Origin: Phoronis australis
Taxonomy: Eukaryota; Animalia; Phoronida
Direction of reading: 5' to 3'
Assembly (NCBI GenBank): GCA_002633005.1
Contig: NMRA01000169.1
Span: forward strand, 651,595-715,594
DNA length: 64,000 nt
The translations under genes and the position numbers were made by a program. The notes beneath the pieces were generated by a model. The model worked only from the letters and a program-made list of their open reading frames with translations. It made no database searches and was not told the origin of the DNA. Positions 27,101 through 42,100 of this stretch are shown here, piece by piece (the stretch's first letter is position 1; each line of letters starts with the position of its first letter).

Positions 27101-30100
27101 GTCACAGTCCACGTTTGAAGATTTGAAACTTTAACAAAGGTGATGTAGGACCCTAGGAAATGTCCAAACTTATAAACATCATACCTCAGAAATGACTTAT
27201 CGGACTCAATATGAAACTCCCAGAAATTATGCTTTATGCACTACAAACCTCCTATAAGAATTATTTTTAAATTTTACTCAACTTAAGCATGAGAGGCTAA
27301 CAAAAATTAGGACTTTAGCGACTTTGATTGAAAAAACAAGTCAAAATTTGTATGAATCAAAAACGAAATAAGTTAGAAAACTGTAACAACATTTTTGAGA
27401 TTCCATCTTGAACATTTACACCAAATGAAATATGGCTATGAGATTGATACCTTTATTTTGTTATGGATATACCTAATATTGTTCTACTTAATTTGACAAA
27501 ATACATGGTCATGTTACCTGATTTATGAGAAATTGGTAAGAAGTCAAAAATCAACTCTCAATCAGAAAATATACGCTTATACCGAGATGAAATTTATTTT
27601 TGTAGATGTTTCGCCAAATACACCGACTTGACGGCAAGATCTTACATAACATTTTATTTCAATTTTTAAAACGTTCAAAACACCTTTCAGAGTAAACAGC
27701 ATTTGCCAATTTAACCAAAATGTATAATATAACGTAACATTGCCCTTTAACATTAAGTACAACAAAGGGTGTAGTCCAGTCTGCTACTCACAGTGGTCTG
27801 TCCCCTCTTTCATTGACGACGTCCACATCTGAGCCATGTTTAAAATACATCTCAGCTATGTCCACACTACCAGAGAACGCCGCCCAGTGAAGGCCTGTAT
27901 TCTGTTCCTGCACACAAGACATAGTATATGATTGTTGTGAACATCACATGCTAACATCATTTCTATTGCAAGCAATACCAGTTGTGAACATCACTATAGA
28001 TTGTGAACATAACAGATTGTGAACATAACGCATGCTGAACATTAGACCATGAACATTCCAGATTGTGAACATTACACATTGCAATTCCAACAGTTACATA
28101 TTATAATTGATAATGACAAATGCCAGTACTTCATCAATTACAATTGATAATGACACATTCCAGTATTTCTTCAATTAATCAATCCATGATTCAGTTTCAA
28201 GGAGTTTCAAAATGGTCATCTTTCATTTTCTTGGATAACAAAGAATAACATCAAATATCGGGTCATAGTAATGCGAAACATAATAACAAGACAGATGATG
28301 AGTGTTGCATGTAAACTGATGAAAGAACCACTTACATCATCTCTCAGGTTTGGATCAGCTCCTTGAGACAACAGGTATTGAACGACTTCAATGTGGTTGT
28401 GCTCAGACGCCCAGATGATCGGAGTCCAACCACCTTTATCCTAAAACGCCCAACATTCATGTAGATTAATGTTATCTGTGACTGAATTGGCATTTAGTTG
28501 AATAGCGTCAAAATTATAGCATTAAACAAAGTAAAAGTGTAGGTTCTGAATTCTGCAGAGTTTAACTCTTGACTTTACTACACCAATCTGTCATTGGTTG
28601 AGTAAAAAATTCCAAGTTCTATTATTGATAACACCTTCAGCAAAAGAGGAATTCATTTTAAAAACAATTCCTAATAGCATTTCGGAGAGAGTGCATAAAG
28701 TCTTATTATCTGGAAAGTTTACTAGAATTCGATTGGTCACTTCAAGTGTTGTTACACATAATTTTGTAAGTGCTGGCCAATCCTACAACTTAATAAAGGA
28801 TGCTGTGACTAATAAATACCTTGAATGTTCTTAGTGGCAAATAAATCAAGGTGAAGTTTCTTCAAATCAGAACACAACATGGCGGAACAGTAAATTTCGT
28901 TTGATCACAATTTTCAACCAGGGTAAACAAAAAGACAATTTTACATTATTATTTAAGAAATTATAAGAATGACTGTCACACGATGAAATTTAGAACATTG
29001 TTGGCAATACAGTGAATATCAGATGAAAAAATGAGACAACTTTGGCCATTGTTTTTGTTCGAATTTGAGGAAAGCTCATCATCATATCATGACAAAAATA
29101 TTGATATAACTTTTTTCTTAAAATAAAGAGCCTGCCGTGGTTTCTTTTGATTTTTCAGACAGCTTTACTAGAGGAAAAGCAGTCTTAAATGGACACACGA
29201 TCTGGTCATGTTGAGGCGAGTTCTTACCCTGAGGTTGACGTCGTATTTCCCATCATTCAAAAACAGCTTCACCAACTCCAAGTAACCCTCTCTACAAGCA
29301 ATGTGTAGGGGTGTCAGGCCGTCCTGAGCCTGCAATATTAATGTCACGCTCAGTTACTCCTTATATGCTGTAGTTCTGCGTATTTGGCTTAAGGATACAT
29401 ATGAAGCTATAGTCACATACAAAACTTCAGACTTAAAGCCAATGGAGCGTGACGGTTGAAAACTGTACTTCATATTCTTTGATTCTGACAGATGCAAAAT
29501 CACAACAAAACAAAACTCGCTAGTGAGATTTACACACACACACATTCACACATGTACCAACATAATAGTCAACTGAGACACACACGTACCAACATAATAG
29601 TCAACTGAGACACACACACCTGTCCCACAATAATTGAGACACACACGTCCCAACATAATAACCAAACTTATGCACCAGGGTAAGGCATATATAATTGCTA
29701 TAAATGAAGACTGAAGATCCCGGTGATTCTAACATTCCTGTGCACCAACCAAATACTGAACCTACCATTTGTGACAGCTTCCAGTACCACGGCACAACTT
29801 GCATATTAACCCGTTATCCTAATCTTTCCCTAAACTTAACTTAGTCGTTATTTCCTCAATTCATAACCCATGAAGACCATGGTGTAATCATTCCTCAGCT
29901 TAGAAAGAGTAAGTGTACATTTTAGTCTTCACTATATGACATTGCCTCAATTCAATACCAATACCATTTGCAACACTACCAACACTATTGTCACCACCAA
30001 CACCTTCGTCACCATGACCACGCAACAAAAGCTATTCACTCTCAAGCCTTTAAAGTTCTTAACTCGTTACCCAGGAATATCATGTTGCCGGGCAACTTTT

Positions 30101-33100
30101 CAGTCGCACTAACAAGAACTTGGTCACAGCCACCAGGCAACAACCCTTGAAGTAGCGTATATACCGTATTCGCCCTAATAAGTGCCCAGGGTGCTTAGAA
30201 AAATTGGCTTCAAGAAGGGCGCTTATTATAACCCAAAAGGGGTTGAAATCGTAAGCTACAATTCATCAAATTTACGCTTTCTGACAGAGTTTCTACAAAT
30301 TTGCAGTGCATTGCTATCGAACTTTGTTATTAAATTACGAGCATTTTTCAGAAAGTCCCAATGCGAAAACTCGCCGACTGATGCGTCGCTGCCTCGCGAT
30401 TGCCGATAGGTCAACTTGAATTCTTGAGTAAAAATATAGTTTCGACTCAACAAATTACCTGAAGTCCTCCTTAAGTTTTCAAAATAGCGTCCCTAAGATT
30501 TTGAAGTTCTTGTGGAGTCGGGATTAACTGCATATTAAGACCAAATCTGTGCTAGATCGTACTCCGCAACACAAGAAAAATCTCTGGACGAACACACATT
30601 TGTTGTCACGTGATGTTTGTTTTGAAGTTTGTCTGCGTATTGTGTGAGAGAGCGAGCGTGTGCATGTCATCAGAGTTCATTTGTCAAAATAAACGCGATG
30701 CAATGATCTAGGTGTGCATTGTAACTAAGGAAATTAACACAAGCAGTAAAACAGAACGTGTTTTATTTAGCACTTGTTGATCTCATCTGCTAAAAAACGT
30801 TAGACATTTTCTCGGTAAGGTTGACATTGAGTTGCCGGGTGACTGGATGCGGGACAGTCTAACAGTTATTTTTCGGGAGATTCTGGGGCTGTAAGGGTGT
30901 GGAATATTCACTATCAGTGGGTCAATTACAAATAATTTAATAATTCTTCCTTAAAAATAACGCAAACATTTTTTTCACAGTACTAGAAATTTTCGGAAAT
31001 AAGTGCCAGTATTTATTTCTTGCCGATGCTATGCTACACGTTTCATGAATAGATAGTTCCCGATAACTAATCTTCGATGACAGATTTTTGAATGTAGCGC
31101 GCGCTTCCTAAGCACGTGCTTTTAATTGAACAAAGGTCAAGTTTTTATTAGTCTTCGATTTGCGTTTTTCACGTGTTCAAAGAGATATGGATTCATGTTG
31201 AGGGAGAAGATCTGTACAGGAGATACATGTACACCACAATCCCTTTGACAAGTACGCTGTGCCTGTTCTGAAAGGCCATAATAGGACACATCCCTCGCAA
31301 GATCAGCAAAGCTTGCGTTCTTTTTGAAGCATGGCGGAAGTTTGAATTGTATAGTCACGGCTATATACTGACATAGCGGCGAGGCTCGTGATCTACAAAT
31401 TCCACGCACACTGATTTTTCAGGACTGTCGGATCTTATAAGTTGAAGACGTTACTGTAGCATTTTAGAACTGTAAGTAAGGCATTTTTTGCATGTGCGTG
31501 GCGTTCGTGGTCTGGGCGCTTATTTTAGCGAAGTCTGAAAAAGCGTGGGGGCATTTGTAGGGGCATGGGCACTTATTACGGTGAATACGGTACAATCAGT
31601 TTACCTTAGTGGTGACATCAGCGCCTGCCTTGACTAGATACTTAATGACATGAGTGTGGTTCTTTTCCACAGCAAACATAACAGGAGTCCACAGGTCATC
31701 GTCCATGACATGTACACTAGCTCCAGCCTGCAACAGTGTAAGTGCTAGGTTGAAGCAATCATCCTCTAAAGTCCTGCAGTTGTAGTCAAGGAACATAGCT
31801 AGACGGTGATGTAATTTTCAAGGGAACCTGTTAATCGTCAAACTCCAGTAAACGGAGATGGGTGTCTATGCAATGTTGGGTAAAAAAACTTTCCAGAAGT
31901 TTTGTTATTTATAATTTCTGGCAATCTGTAATTCACCAGTGGATGAATGATAATGTCCACCAAAGTCAATTATCTCGCAATATATGACAGGGCCAATGGG
32001 GTCAAACTTTGACGGCAAGCAAGGAAATATGTGGAGAATGTCATAGAAATCTATTAAACCTGGAACCAAAGCTATCAGAAGGTTGAGGTATACTAGTTAT
32101 ATACAACCACGGGGATACAGGGGGAAGGCCACCCGGCATACCGCACTACAGACATGACGAAAAACGCCAGAGGCACGACCTTTTCAGAGCTTACGTAAAC
32201 ATTTCCCCTTCAAAATTGTGGTTGCCCCCCCTCCTTTACAGCATCCTGGATCCACCAATGCATTTTGTATTTATGAACTATAAGGATAGCATGATGACTT
32301 ACTGAGACCAAGCAATGAAGTATAGGAAGATGGCCGATTTTGGCGGCTGCGTGCACCGGCGTCTCATGATCATGTTCGTCAAACTTCAGGTTGGGGTCAG
32401 CACCATCCTCTACAAAATGATTCAATTCAAATAAACACTTCCTGATTTTTTAAAAGAACCCCTGGCGACTGCCTCATACACTTACTTTCTGTGTGAACAT
32501 CTAAAAATATTACGTAGTCATGTATAAACATTAAATGCAGAAAAAATTCAAATCAAAACAATGCATTTCTGATTTAAACAAACTCGTGTTTCGAACCATG
32601 TTTTTTATTTTCCAAGAGTTATCTTACTCACAAGAAAGATATACATATCAGATGCCAAGCATGGCTGAAAACTTGAACTGAGAACGTGAAGAACAAAGCG
32701 AGCTTTTTTAAATAATGTTATGACAGAACTTATCATTATTTAAACCAGCCGTATAAAGTAAACATGTATGCACAATAAATACTTAATATTATATTATCGA
32801 TAACAGTGGTTATCATGACAATATACAATGCAAATTATTCCTCTTACTCAACAGACTCAAGACATTCCGTAGGTTCCCTTTCTTGACTTGTGAGTATAAC
32901 ATACGACTAGGTCGCAGTTTGCGGGGTTTACCATCGATGGAATCATCTTTACTGTCACTGTGAACGATAGTTTAATAATTACTAGTAACATAACATGCAC
33001 AACGATCATCGAGGTACCACCCAGAATGTGATAATTGGAAATTCAAAAGCAAGAGATATATCTTAAGCCAAGCACGGGTGTTCAAGAACAAAAACATTGA

Positions 33101-36100
33101 GGAACGGAACGTTAGTTACGCTCACACAAATACATTTGCCATTTTTCAATGCAAGTACGATATCAGAATGCGCATGAGCCAAAAGAGCTATTTCACACCT
33201 CCTTCAGTAAAGAGTGGGCATTTTCCTGCCCAAATATGGAATGATGCTGCCGACTGTTTGTTACCCAATGGAAAGAGAGTTGGATGTGTTTTGGGAGCTA
33301 AAATTGTTCTTAGATAAAAATGAACACTTGACACATAGACGGTGATCCATGATCTTGCAAAAATCAGTGACAGGGTGGAAAATACAAATTTTTAGACACG
33401 AATGCAGACATTTTTCTCATTTCAAACATGGATAAGTTCGTGTAACATTACAGACACTTCCACACTACATCCAGTGCTCAGTTGAGTGACCTTAATGACA
33501 AGACTACATTGTCAACAGAGGTTGCCTGATAAGAATTGACTTTAAAAATTCAAATGGAGAGATTTCTGTTGAAATACAGAATGTGTTCCTTAAATAGTTG
33601 TCATTTCTGCAAAGCACCAACCACCACCCTGTTCAGAGCCCCAGACATGAGCATGTACTTGCGTCGAAAAATCTTTGCAGATGGAAAGGAAACGGTGAGG
33701 TCTATCCCATAATTTATCAATTCTATCCCATAAATCAATATTCCAACTTTACCAGCCAATCACTTCCATGGCGGCCATTTTGCTAGGTTACGCTAGTAGG
33801 GTCTCGAACATACTGGCAAAACACACGCCTTTCCCTCGCGTGATTTCACATGGCCTTGTGTGATATCACTTTTCTTGCAAGAAACTTGGTCATCGAAACG
33901 CATCCTTGATTAATCATAGCAAAATAAACACATTAGCACTTGCCTCTCCTCTTGCAACACTCGCAACATTTCCTCCAGTTGGTTACGGTCCATACCAAGT
34001 GGTAGCCCATCCGATGAGATCTCACAGTTGGATTCTGGGAAGGCAACGGTGACGGCAGGCTCAGTGGGTGGCGATGGGGTGTTTACCTTGGTGGGAGAGG
34101 TCGCGTCAGTCTTGCCAAAACTAATCCTCGCCCTCAAAGAAAATAAAAATTTGATTCTATCAACTTCACTAAGGCAGAGCAAAATAGGACTTACTTGATC
34201 AAGAAAACCTACATGCTCGATACCGGCACCAGTAGTGACCAGACCACAGGTGGTATGGAATGGCAAAAAGCATATTAAGAACGTGTACATTGGACTTGTT
34301 CATACCACTATTATGCAATCGTCGCTGAACAATGGACACGTGAACCCAGAATTCGCTCAGATTACATAAGAATAGAAAAACGAGCATAGAAATAGATTAT
34401 AATCTAACACAGGTACCTGGGAGTAAAAACCTGCAGCGAGAAGGACTTCCGAATTCACGAGTGCATCAGTACAGCGACGAATGCCAAGGCACTAGCATAT
34501 ATTTTAGTATGAGCGAGTGCAATGCACACCCTAGGCTGTCGTAAAATACCCGGCTTCAGATTCATAGAGCAATTGCATTAAAATCACATTCATTTGAGAA
34601 GGCACAAAATGAATTAATCTGTGAAGCAACCCTTAAAGATTCACTGACAATCAAACTATCAATAAAAAGGTGCTCGACCAAAAGGCTGTCAACACATGAC
34701 AAGTATTGCGTGACCCTCAACGGAATAGGGTAATAGTTAAATCTCCATTATTGACTATTTGAACAGTCATACAAGACAGACAAACCTCCTCAGACTAACA
34801 TGACAGCTCACCTGCAACGCATTCTATACAGACAACCTAGAAGACTTGCACCAAATGACATCAGAAAATGGACAACTTAGTCGATGTGTTTCCATAGCGA
34901 CTGTGGCCATAGTCGCTACAATCAGATCATTTCCCTTTCCGAGTTGCCTGTGTTAGCTAAAGAGTGTCACGCATTCAAAACACAACTCGAATATATTGTC
35001 TTCAGGTCAGTCTGTGTCTGACGTCAGCAGCATGATATTAGTGTACTGAGGTGATGAAAAAAGCAGGGTCGCTTTACATCACAAGTTTTGTGAACTTGTA
35101 TACATTTACAAAGCACTATAACGTCAGGATCATCGCCTTTAAAAATGACAATTTTAATGATCCATGTTGCTCGTCTACCTGACATGCTCTTCAGTGGCTC
35201 TCTTAAAGTGATCTAGCTGAGACTTGTTATGTGAGTAGGTGGCGTTCATCTGCAGGTTGACCTCGTTGCCTTGTGAGACATCGCCACAGTGGGGGCAGCA
35301 CTTGACACTCTCTTCTCCGAGCACCACCTCACAGCCAATATGATAGTGGTGTACACTGAGGGCAGAGTGCCCCATATTCTTCCGGCACTGATAGAATGAT
35401 CCCTAAGAACAGAAAAAAGAAAACTCCAGTAGTGCCAACTTCAGGCAACATGTGTCACCTGTTTTCATACAAAGCCCACTCAATGACCACTGGTCACTCG
35501 CCCTCCACTCATTACCCACACTCAAAAACACTCAAGCAACACCAGTATGGCTTTGACAGGCTCAACAAGTCAACTATACATCCTTTCAGGACACTATGCG
35601 ACTATACAAATTAGGGATTTTAAAACAATATTTTAAGTACTTTATTCCACTCAGTGCTTCTTGAAACCTACGTTAACTTGCAGGCAAATGGTACTCCACA
35701 CCTATATCAACTTGCCGTCTACTGTACACTCACTAACAATAAGTTGCGAAGTCATAAACAGATTAGATCTGGAGATCTCTCTCTCTCCCTCCCTCCCTCC
35801 CTCTATGTCTCTCTCCCCCTCCCTCCCTTCTTCCCTCCCTCTCCCCTCTCTCAAGTTTTCTCTTCACCTTACCTGTCCTCAATAGCTGGCCACTGTCCAG
35901 TAAAACACTGCAGACTCACCTGAGAGCAGAAGCGCCCACAGCCAGGACAACACTGGTGAATTTTCAGCCTCAGTCTGTGTACTTCACACACGGCTATAAA
36001 GGGCAGCTTGACAGATGGCCTCGCCAAGAGGGGGTTAGTAATCGAGTTGCTGCAGGCAGACACCTGTGATTAAATAGCAATGAAATCACTGTAACGCTTC

Positions 36101-39100
36101 TAACCGAATGCCCGCAACTGTTCCTAGTCTAGTAAGACATATCCTAATGGTGCAAAAGCGCAGGCATTCTCGTCACCAGTTCGTCTCTCGAATTCTCAAG
36201 CGTACATCCAGCAGATATTTTAAGACTGTTCTATTTTTCTAATTTATCAACTTTTGATTTCTCATATTTTATTGCAATTATTCAAAGGACTTCGCTATAT
36301 TTGGAGCAAAGATAAGAAATGATTAATGACAACCAAGGATTCAAGGATTATGTTGTATGTCTTTGCCAGCTGATCAAAACCATCTTATTTGTTCAACAAG
36401 GGCCAAACCTACTTGTCAGTGATCAACAAGGGCACTGGTGAAAAGACCTTATTCAATCAGTAACCATTTTAGTCGCGAGCCTCCTTTTAGGTTTAAAAAA
36501 ACAATGCATTTGACACGTGGACGTAACATGACACACGAAAAAAATCACACTTTGCACTATATTTAAGATCAAAATGCATTGTTTTTAAAACCTAAAAAAA
36601 TTGGCTCACTTTTAAAATTATGACTGTGTGACTACGGTGTATAGGACGCAATGTTCCATCACAATAATTATGAAAATGTTAAGACATCACAATAATTATG
36701 AAAATGTTAAGACATCACAATAATTATGAAAATGTTAAGACATCACAATAATTATGAAAATGTTAAGACATCACAATAATTATGAAAATGTTAAGACATC
36801 ACAATAATTATGAAAATGTTAAGACACAGAACTTTTAAATGTTACAATTTGAAGGCTTTTTGTCAACTTGACATCATTTACTTACATAAATAGTATCTGA
36901 ACCAGTCTGATGAAATTAAATCAATAAAGACAGCAGTTCACCAAACTGAGTGAGCAAGATCTGAACTGGTCCAAGTAAGCAGTGCTCTCTCACTTTTTGG
37001 TTCTGATAACTGTCCTTAATGCCTGAGGTGCCTGGTGATATCAGTCCCAATCCCTTATCCCTTAACATAACAATTTGCCCCCAACAGTTTAATGGGTCTC
37101 CATAGTGGGTAACATCAATGTGAATGATAACGCCAATGATTATAACTCTTGAATTTGGTACAGCAAACATAGTCTGTTTCTAAAACTTGAAAAAAGCTCC
37201 CACCTTTAGCGAAATAATTTATTTTCCATTGTCCCAGAGTGGAGAATTTTTATCGCAAATGTGTGGAACATGTCACCTACTAGTCAATAATATACAGCAA
37301 GACATTACCTTTCCATCAATAGTGTCTAGCGCTTGACAGTATTGCGTTTTTGTCAGATCTGCATAGGGTGCTCCCTCCACTTTGCAACAACAAAGGGGCA
37401 CAGCACCGCGGTCTAGTTCAGCTGTCTTCCTAACTTTCTGGAAAAAAACAACCTACTTCAAACCGATGCCGAAGTTTGACAGCTGTCAGTAAGACAAAAT
37501 GTATCAGTTTATGCACACAAATAACTTTCAAATGCTGACGATGCAACGTTAAGTAAAAAATTGACCACAATTTTTGTTTTATGATGCATGCAGCTACAAT
37601 ACGCAAGCATGATTTTCTTTCTGCTCATTTCTGTCAAAACTTTTTGCAAAATCTAATGCCATATGTCAGTATGTGCTAAAAAGGCAAGATCACAGATTCA
37701 ACATCACTGTCTTGTAACTCACCGAAACTGTCGCAAATAATTTACTTCTCTTGGAATGATTACCAATAATCGTGCCACCTGGTGGAGGTCGTTGGAAGCT
37801 TTTTCCATCACTACTGCTCTCAATGGGCATACTGTTGCCCAGTATAGACTCTGCCCACCCTGGCAACTGACTGTCAGCAGACGGCTTGCGGAAAATCATA
37901 GTTCCAGATGAAGAAGAGATTGCCATGGGAACGACTGAGTTCAGTAGTTCCTGGCGCCGTCGATGGCCAAGCTTAGCAACTGACGACAAAGGGTAGGCGA
38001 CAATGTTACTGTTGGAATCCAGTTTCTTTGCCACAAACTCAGGAGGCAACAATGACTTGGTGAAACTGGGGAGACGGAGTTCCTTTGAGTTGGTCGTGCG
38101 AAACAGCAGCATTGGATTGTCTGTTCCAGGGTGTTTCACCAGGATGGCAATGGGTGGCTTGCGTGGAGGTGTTGGGGCTGACTCATTAGTGATGGAGCTG
38201 TTGACCACTTTAGGCTTCTCCTGGCTATAAGCATGCTCTACTGAGGGGGAGGTGCCCGTTTCCTTTGGACGTAACACACGGTCTATGCCTACAGGAAGTG
38301 ACATCACACGTTCAGTGTACAAACTGAATCAGGGAATTCACCAAAGAAAAGAAACAAACATTGCATCAGACCTGGCTCCAGATTGTGGATTTTGACAACT
38401 GATAACTTATAGGAAATTTTCAGCAAAATATTACAATGAAACGATTGAACACAATTATGCGGAGTAATGCAGAGGTCAAAACTAGGGACCCGTTCCAAGA
38501 AAACTGACTAAGTTATCGACAAATCTTTCAGCCAATTCTAAGATAAAACTTACATTTGTCTCAAGTGTGTTTCAAGAAAGAGATCTTGAGTTTAATTTAA
38601 GTTTTTGACTTGAGCTTTGTTTTTAATTAATTTTGAGAAACTTAGCCGATGTGGAAGTTTCAAAGTTTGGAAGTTCAGACAAATCTTAGACTCAAGTCAA
38701 AAATGAACTTTTATTAAGCCAGTTTCTTGAAACAGGCCCTAGGTTTTCATAATTACCTACATAGTCAGTGGACCCTGAACTACACTACTCTGAACACTAA
38801 CTGAAATCTGAACAAACGATAACCGAAATGTCAACAATTCCAAAAATGCACGTCCTAAAACATGACAGCGCTAGTTTGATTTTGCAATATTTACCCACAA
38901 TGCTGAGCGCACAAAGGACACTTGCATCACAGCTAGCAAGCTTACAACTATTTTACAAAGTAAGTATGTCACATGACTCATCATTCTAATGCCAATGAAG
39001 TTATAGTATTACATGTGACTTTCATTGTGCACATAAAGAATTGACACGCAGAGTGAGAGAATATTCTTTTGTGGTCCACCAGAAGCCGGCGGAGCATTAA

Positions 39101-42100
39101 CGGGCAAACATTTCAAAAGTTGGTCAATCATGAAATGAGTTTTTCTACCTCCACAAAAGAAGAGCGAGAAATTCCGGACGAGGTTATTAAGAAAGATCCC
39201 AGTGCAGAAATTGATGCGCAATGAGCCAACTCAGCTGGAATTTACGAAACGTTATACAATTGGAGTAAGAATCGTGTTCAGGGTGTCTCATTCTAGGAAC
39301 TTTTTGGCCAAAGTTGCCCATTTCTGCCCTTCCCCAATCCGTTTCATCAAGGTGTTCAGACAGGCTTGGCATTTGGAGGAGATTGGTGTAACCAAGCCCT
39401 TACAACATCCCCAGCTGGTACCAATACTTACCCGCACCTTTACCCAGCAAGCAAACAGTTTGGGAGTTGGCAAAGTCGGCTGAAACTAGAGACAAGAAAC
39501 GAGATATGTATAAATCACAACGATGTGGCAAACTTGAGTGAATACTTGCTCGCCCTTGATCCACATAGCACAAGGAGATTAAAGAGCAGCTCTTGTAGTG
39601 GGTGTAACGATACAAGGAACACATGAAAACATGGCCAACCACATGCACATCAGTACATCTATACTCAAAAAGTTTCCAATACTTTTAGAGCCAGAGCTAA
39701 TAACAAATGGATTAAAAAATTGTCAAAAATAAAAAACAATTTCTGCGAGAGACAAAATACACTCTTTAGTGAAACATTCCCAACAAAAGCAAGAATTCAT
39801 TCTTTTCATTATACCCTCAAAGCCCAATTAAAACAGTGCGAAAAATATCATGACATTTCAAACTTCACAGAATATTTACTAATATAAATAATAATTCACA
39901 GATTGAAGAAGCATTTATTGTTAACTATGGATCAAAATAATGTAGTTTTTTATCCATCCAGGTAAGTTCATTGTATTCTGATTAAACCTGGTCTGCTGAA
40001 TTACATACAAAATTAAACACCTGCAGCTCGGAGGCATCGCACCTCAATTAAAGGTAAGAAGGTACTGAAGATTGTAGGCAACCGTCGTCTCAAGCCTTCT
40101 CACAAGATCTCGTCTAGTTAGCTGAATCAAAATACAATGTGAACAATGTTGCTGATCAATTTGAATGTCACTCACTAGTTTTGGGTTTCTTTTCGCGACC
40201 GCTGCGTCGTGGGCTGTTAGGGTCACTACTATTGTCCACATTCGTATCTGGAAAAAACAAAAGTGATCAATGTTCATATTACTTTGAAATGTAAGCTATG
40301 CCAGACTGTAAGGAATTAAAGCAGTTACAAACCAGCCTTCCATCACTAAAAACAACTTTTGATTGGAGTGCAGTTGGATACCTTCACTACCAAGGTTCAC
40401 ACTTTTTCAAATATCTTTTCAAATACAATTCATCAACCCATGAAACCATATATTTTTCAAATCCTTGATGATCACAGGAACTTACTGCACGCACTTTTGA
40501 CTTAAGCCCCTTCTATTGTGGAATTGTTCTCCAATTGTTCCTTTGTTGGGAGTAATTTCAGGGTTTTGAAAGAAGTGACAGTTGGTTGTTGTTTGAGACT
40601 AGGCTCTGCATGTTGCCTTGTCATCACGGCTCATTTTATGCACCGGACATGGTCTAAAGAAAAACTAACTAATTTCTTCACAAACACAAAAATAACTTCT
40701 CATTCGAGTAAAAAAGAAGCCGAGATCAGTTTCAGAGTGGCAAGAAGTCTACATGAAGTTTGCTTTTTGGACAGAATGTTGGTTTATAGGCACTTTAACT
40801 ACAAGTTAGACCGCTTCATGGACAGAAACGTTACAAGCACTTCAAACATTACGCAGTATGTTTATGAAATTCACTAATCACCCAGTTGTCAGAGATATGA
40901 CACAGTGGTCTGACTGGATTACAACTCGCAACTTATATATAGTGGGTACAGGGTGGTCATGCCATCGCTGAGCTCCAGACAAGAAAAGGTGGATAAGGCC
41001 AAAAAGCACAGTCAGTTTTGGCCTTTTGTTCTTTTTAAGAAATACATGTGGGTGCATCATTATTTTAAAGCCGAGCAGAAGTGCGTGTGACTGAGGTAGT
41101 GCATAGGACCATCAAGCCATATTATCTCCCCTGAGCTTCCAAGAAGTAAAGCATGACAAAGGTCATTGACTGGTGCTGCAAATCTTGTCAACACTGAAAA
41201 GTGGTAATAAAATAATAGAAACTTACCATTACTATCATCTTCCTCCGGTAGATCCAAACGTGTGACCTAGAATGTGAAAAAGAAACAATGGATCGTCAAT
41301 GAAAATTACAAGGCAAACTCTGGTTCTGGAACACGTTTCATTGAAATGTCAATGTCACAACTTCTCGACTTTCTTTAGTACAAAGTTTAACCAGGGACTT
41401 ATGCCAAAACTTATGACAGGTTGAAAGTCTCCGCTTAAACATTATGTAAAAAGTTATGACATTTTAGTGAAACAGGCACCCCCTTTGGAGACCTTGAACT
41501 GAAATGTTGCAGTCATCGCTGCAACTACTGCAAATGTTTTACAAAATCAATAAACTCCAGACACTACAGACAAAAGGCCTAAGAATACTCTTTAACAGTT
41601 TGCGGTCATATATAAAGGGACACACTCGCTTTTAGGGCTGAAAACACATTTTTGGGATTACTTTTGGATGGGATTGATCAGCGCTTTAACCTATAAAAGA
41701 ACAAAATCCTTTGTTATTATGATTTTATAACAAATCCCCAATTCTCGTTGTTGTCTGCCAGTCATTTGCTGAAATCAAGGCTGATGACTTCACCAATAAA
41801 AGTAACTTTACAACACTCAGACATTTAACGACTAGGGTTTAGCTCTGCCAGCAAAACGGTTGAGTACGATTTTGTTAAGAGATAACCATAAGATTTTGAA
41901 GACTAGCAATGTTTTTTGCTTTTTCTTGACTTCGACAAATCGACTTAACTTCAACTTAAGAGCACAAGTTCTCAAAAACAGCTTGATGAATTTCACTGAA
42001 ACTTTCCAATTTTAATATTTATTCATCAATCTCAAATATGCTGTAAGGATTTTCCTTTTTAACTCCCAGTTTTTGTGTACCGTAAGATTGACGAATATGA

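Noticed and set aside
40486-40653. Possible extra EHMT exon (gtaagt donor at 40485)
   Set aside because: The candidate acceptors I tested give in-frame stops, and the gene model is phase-consistent without it.
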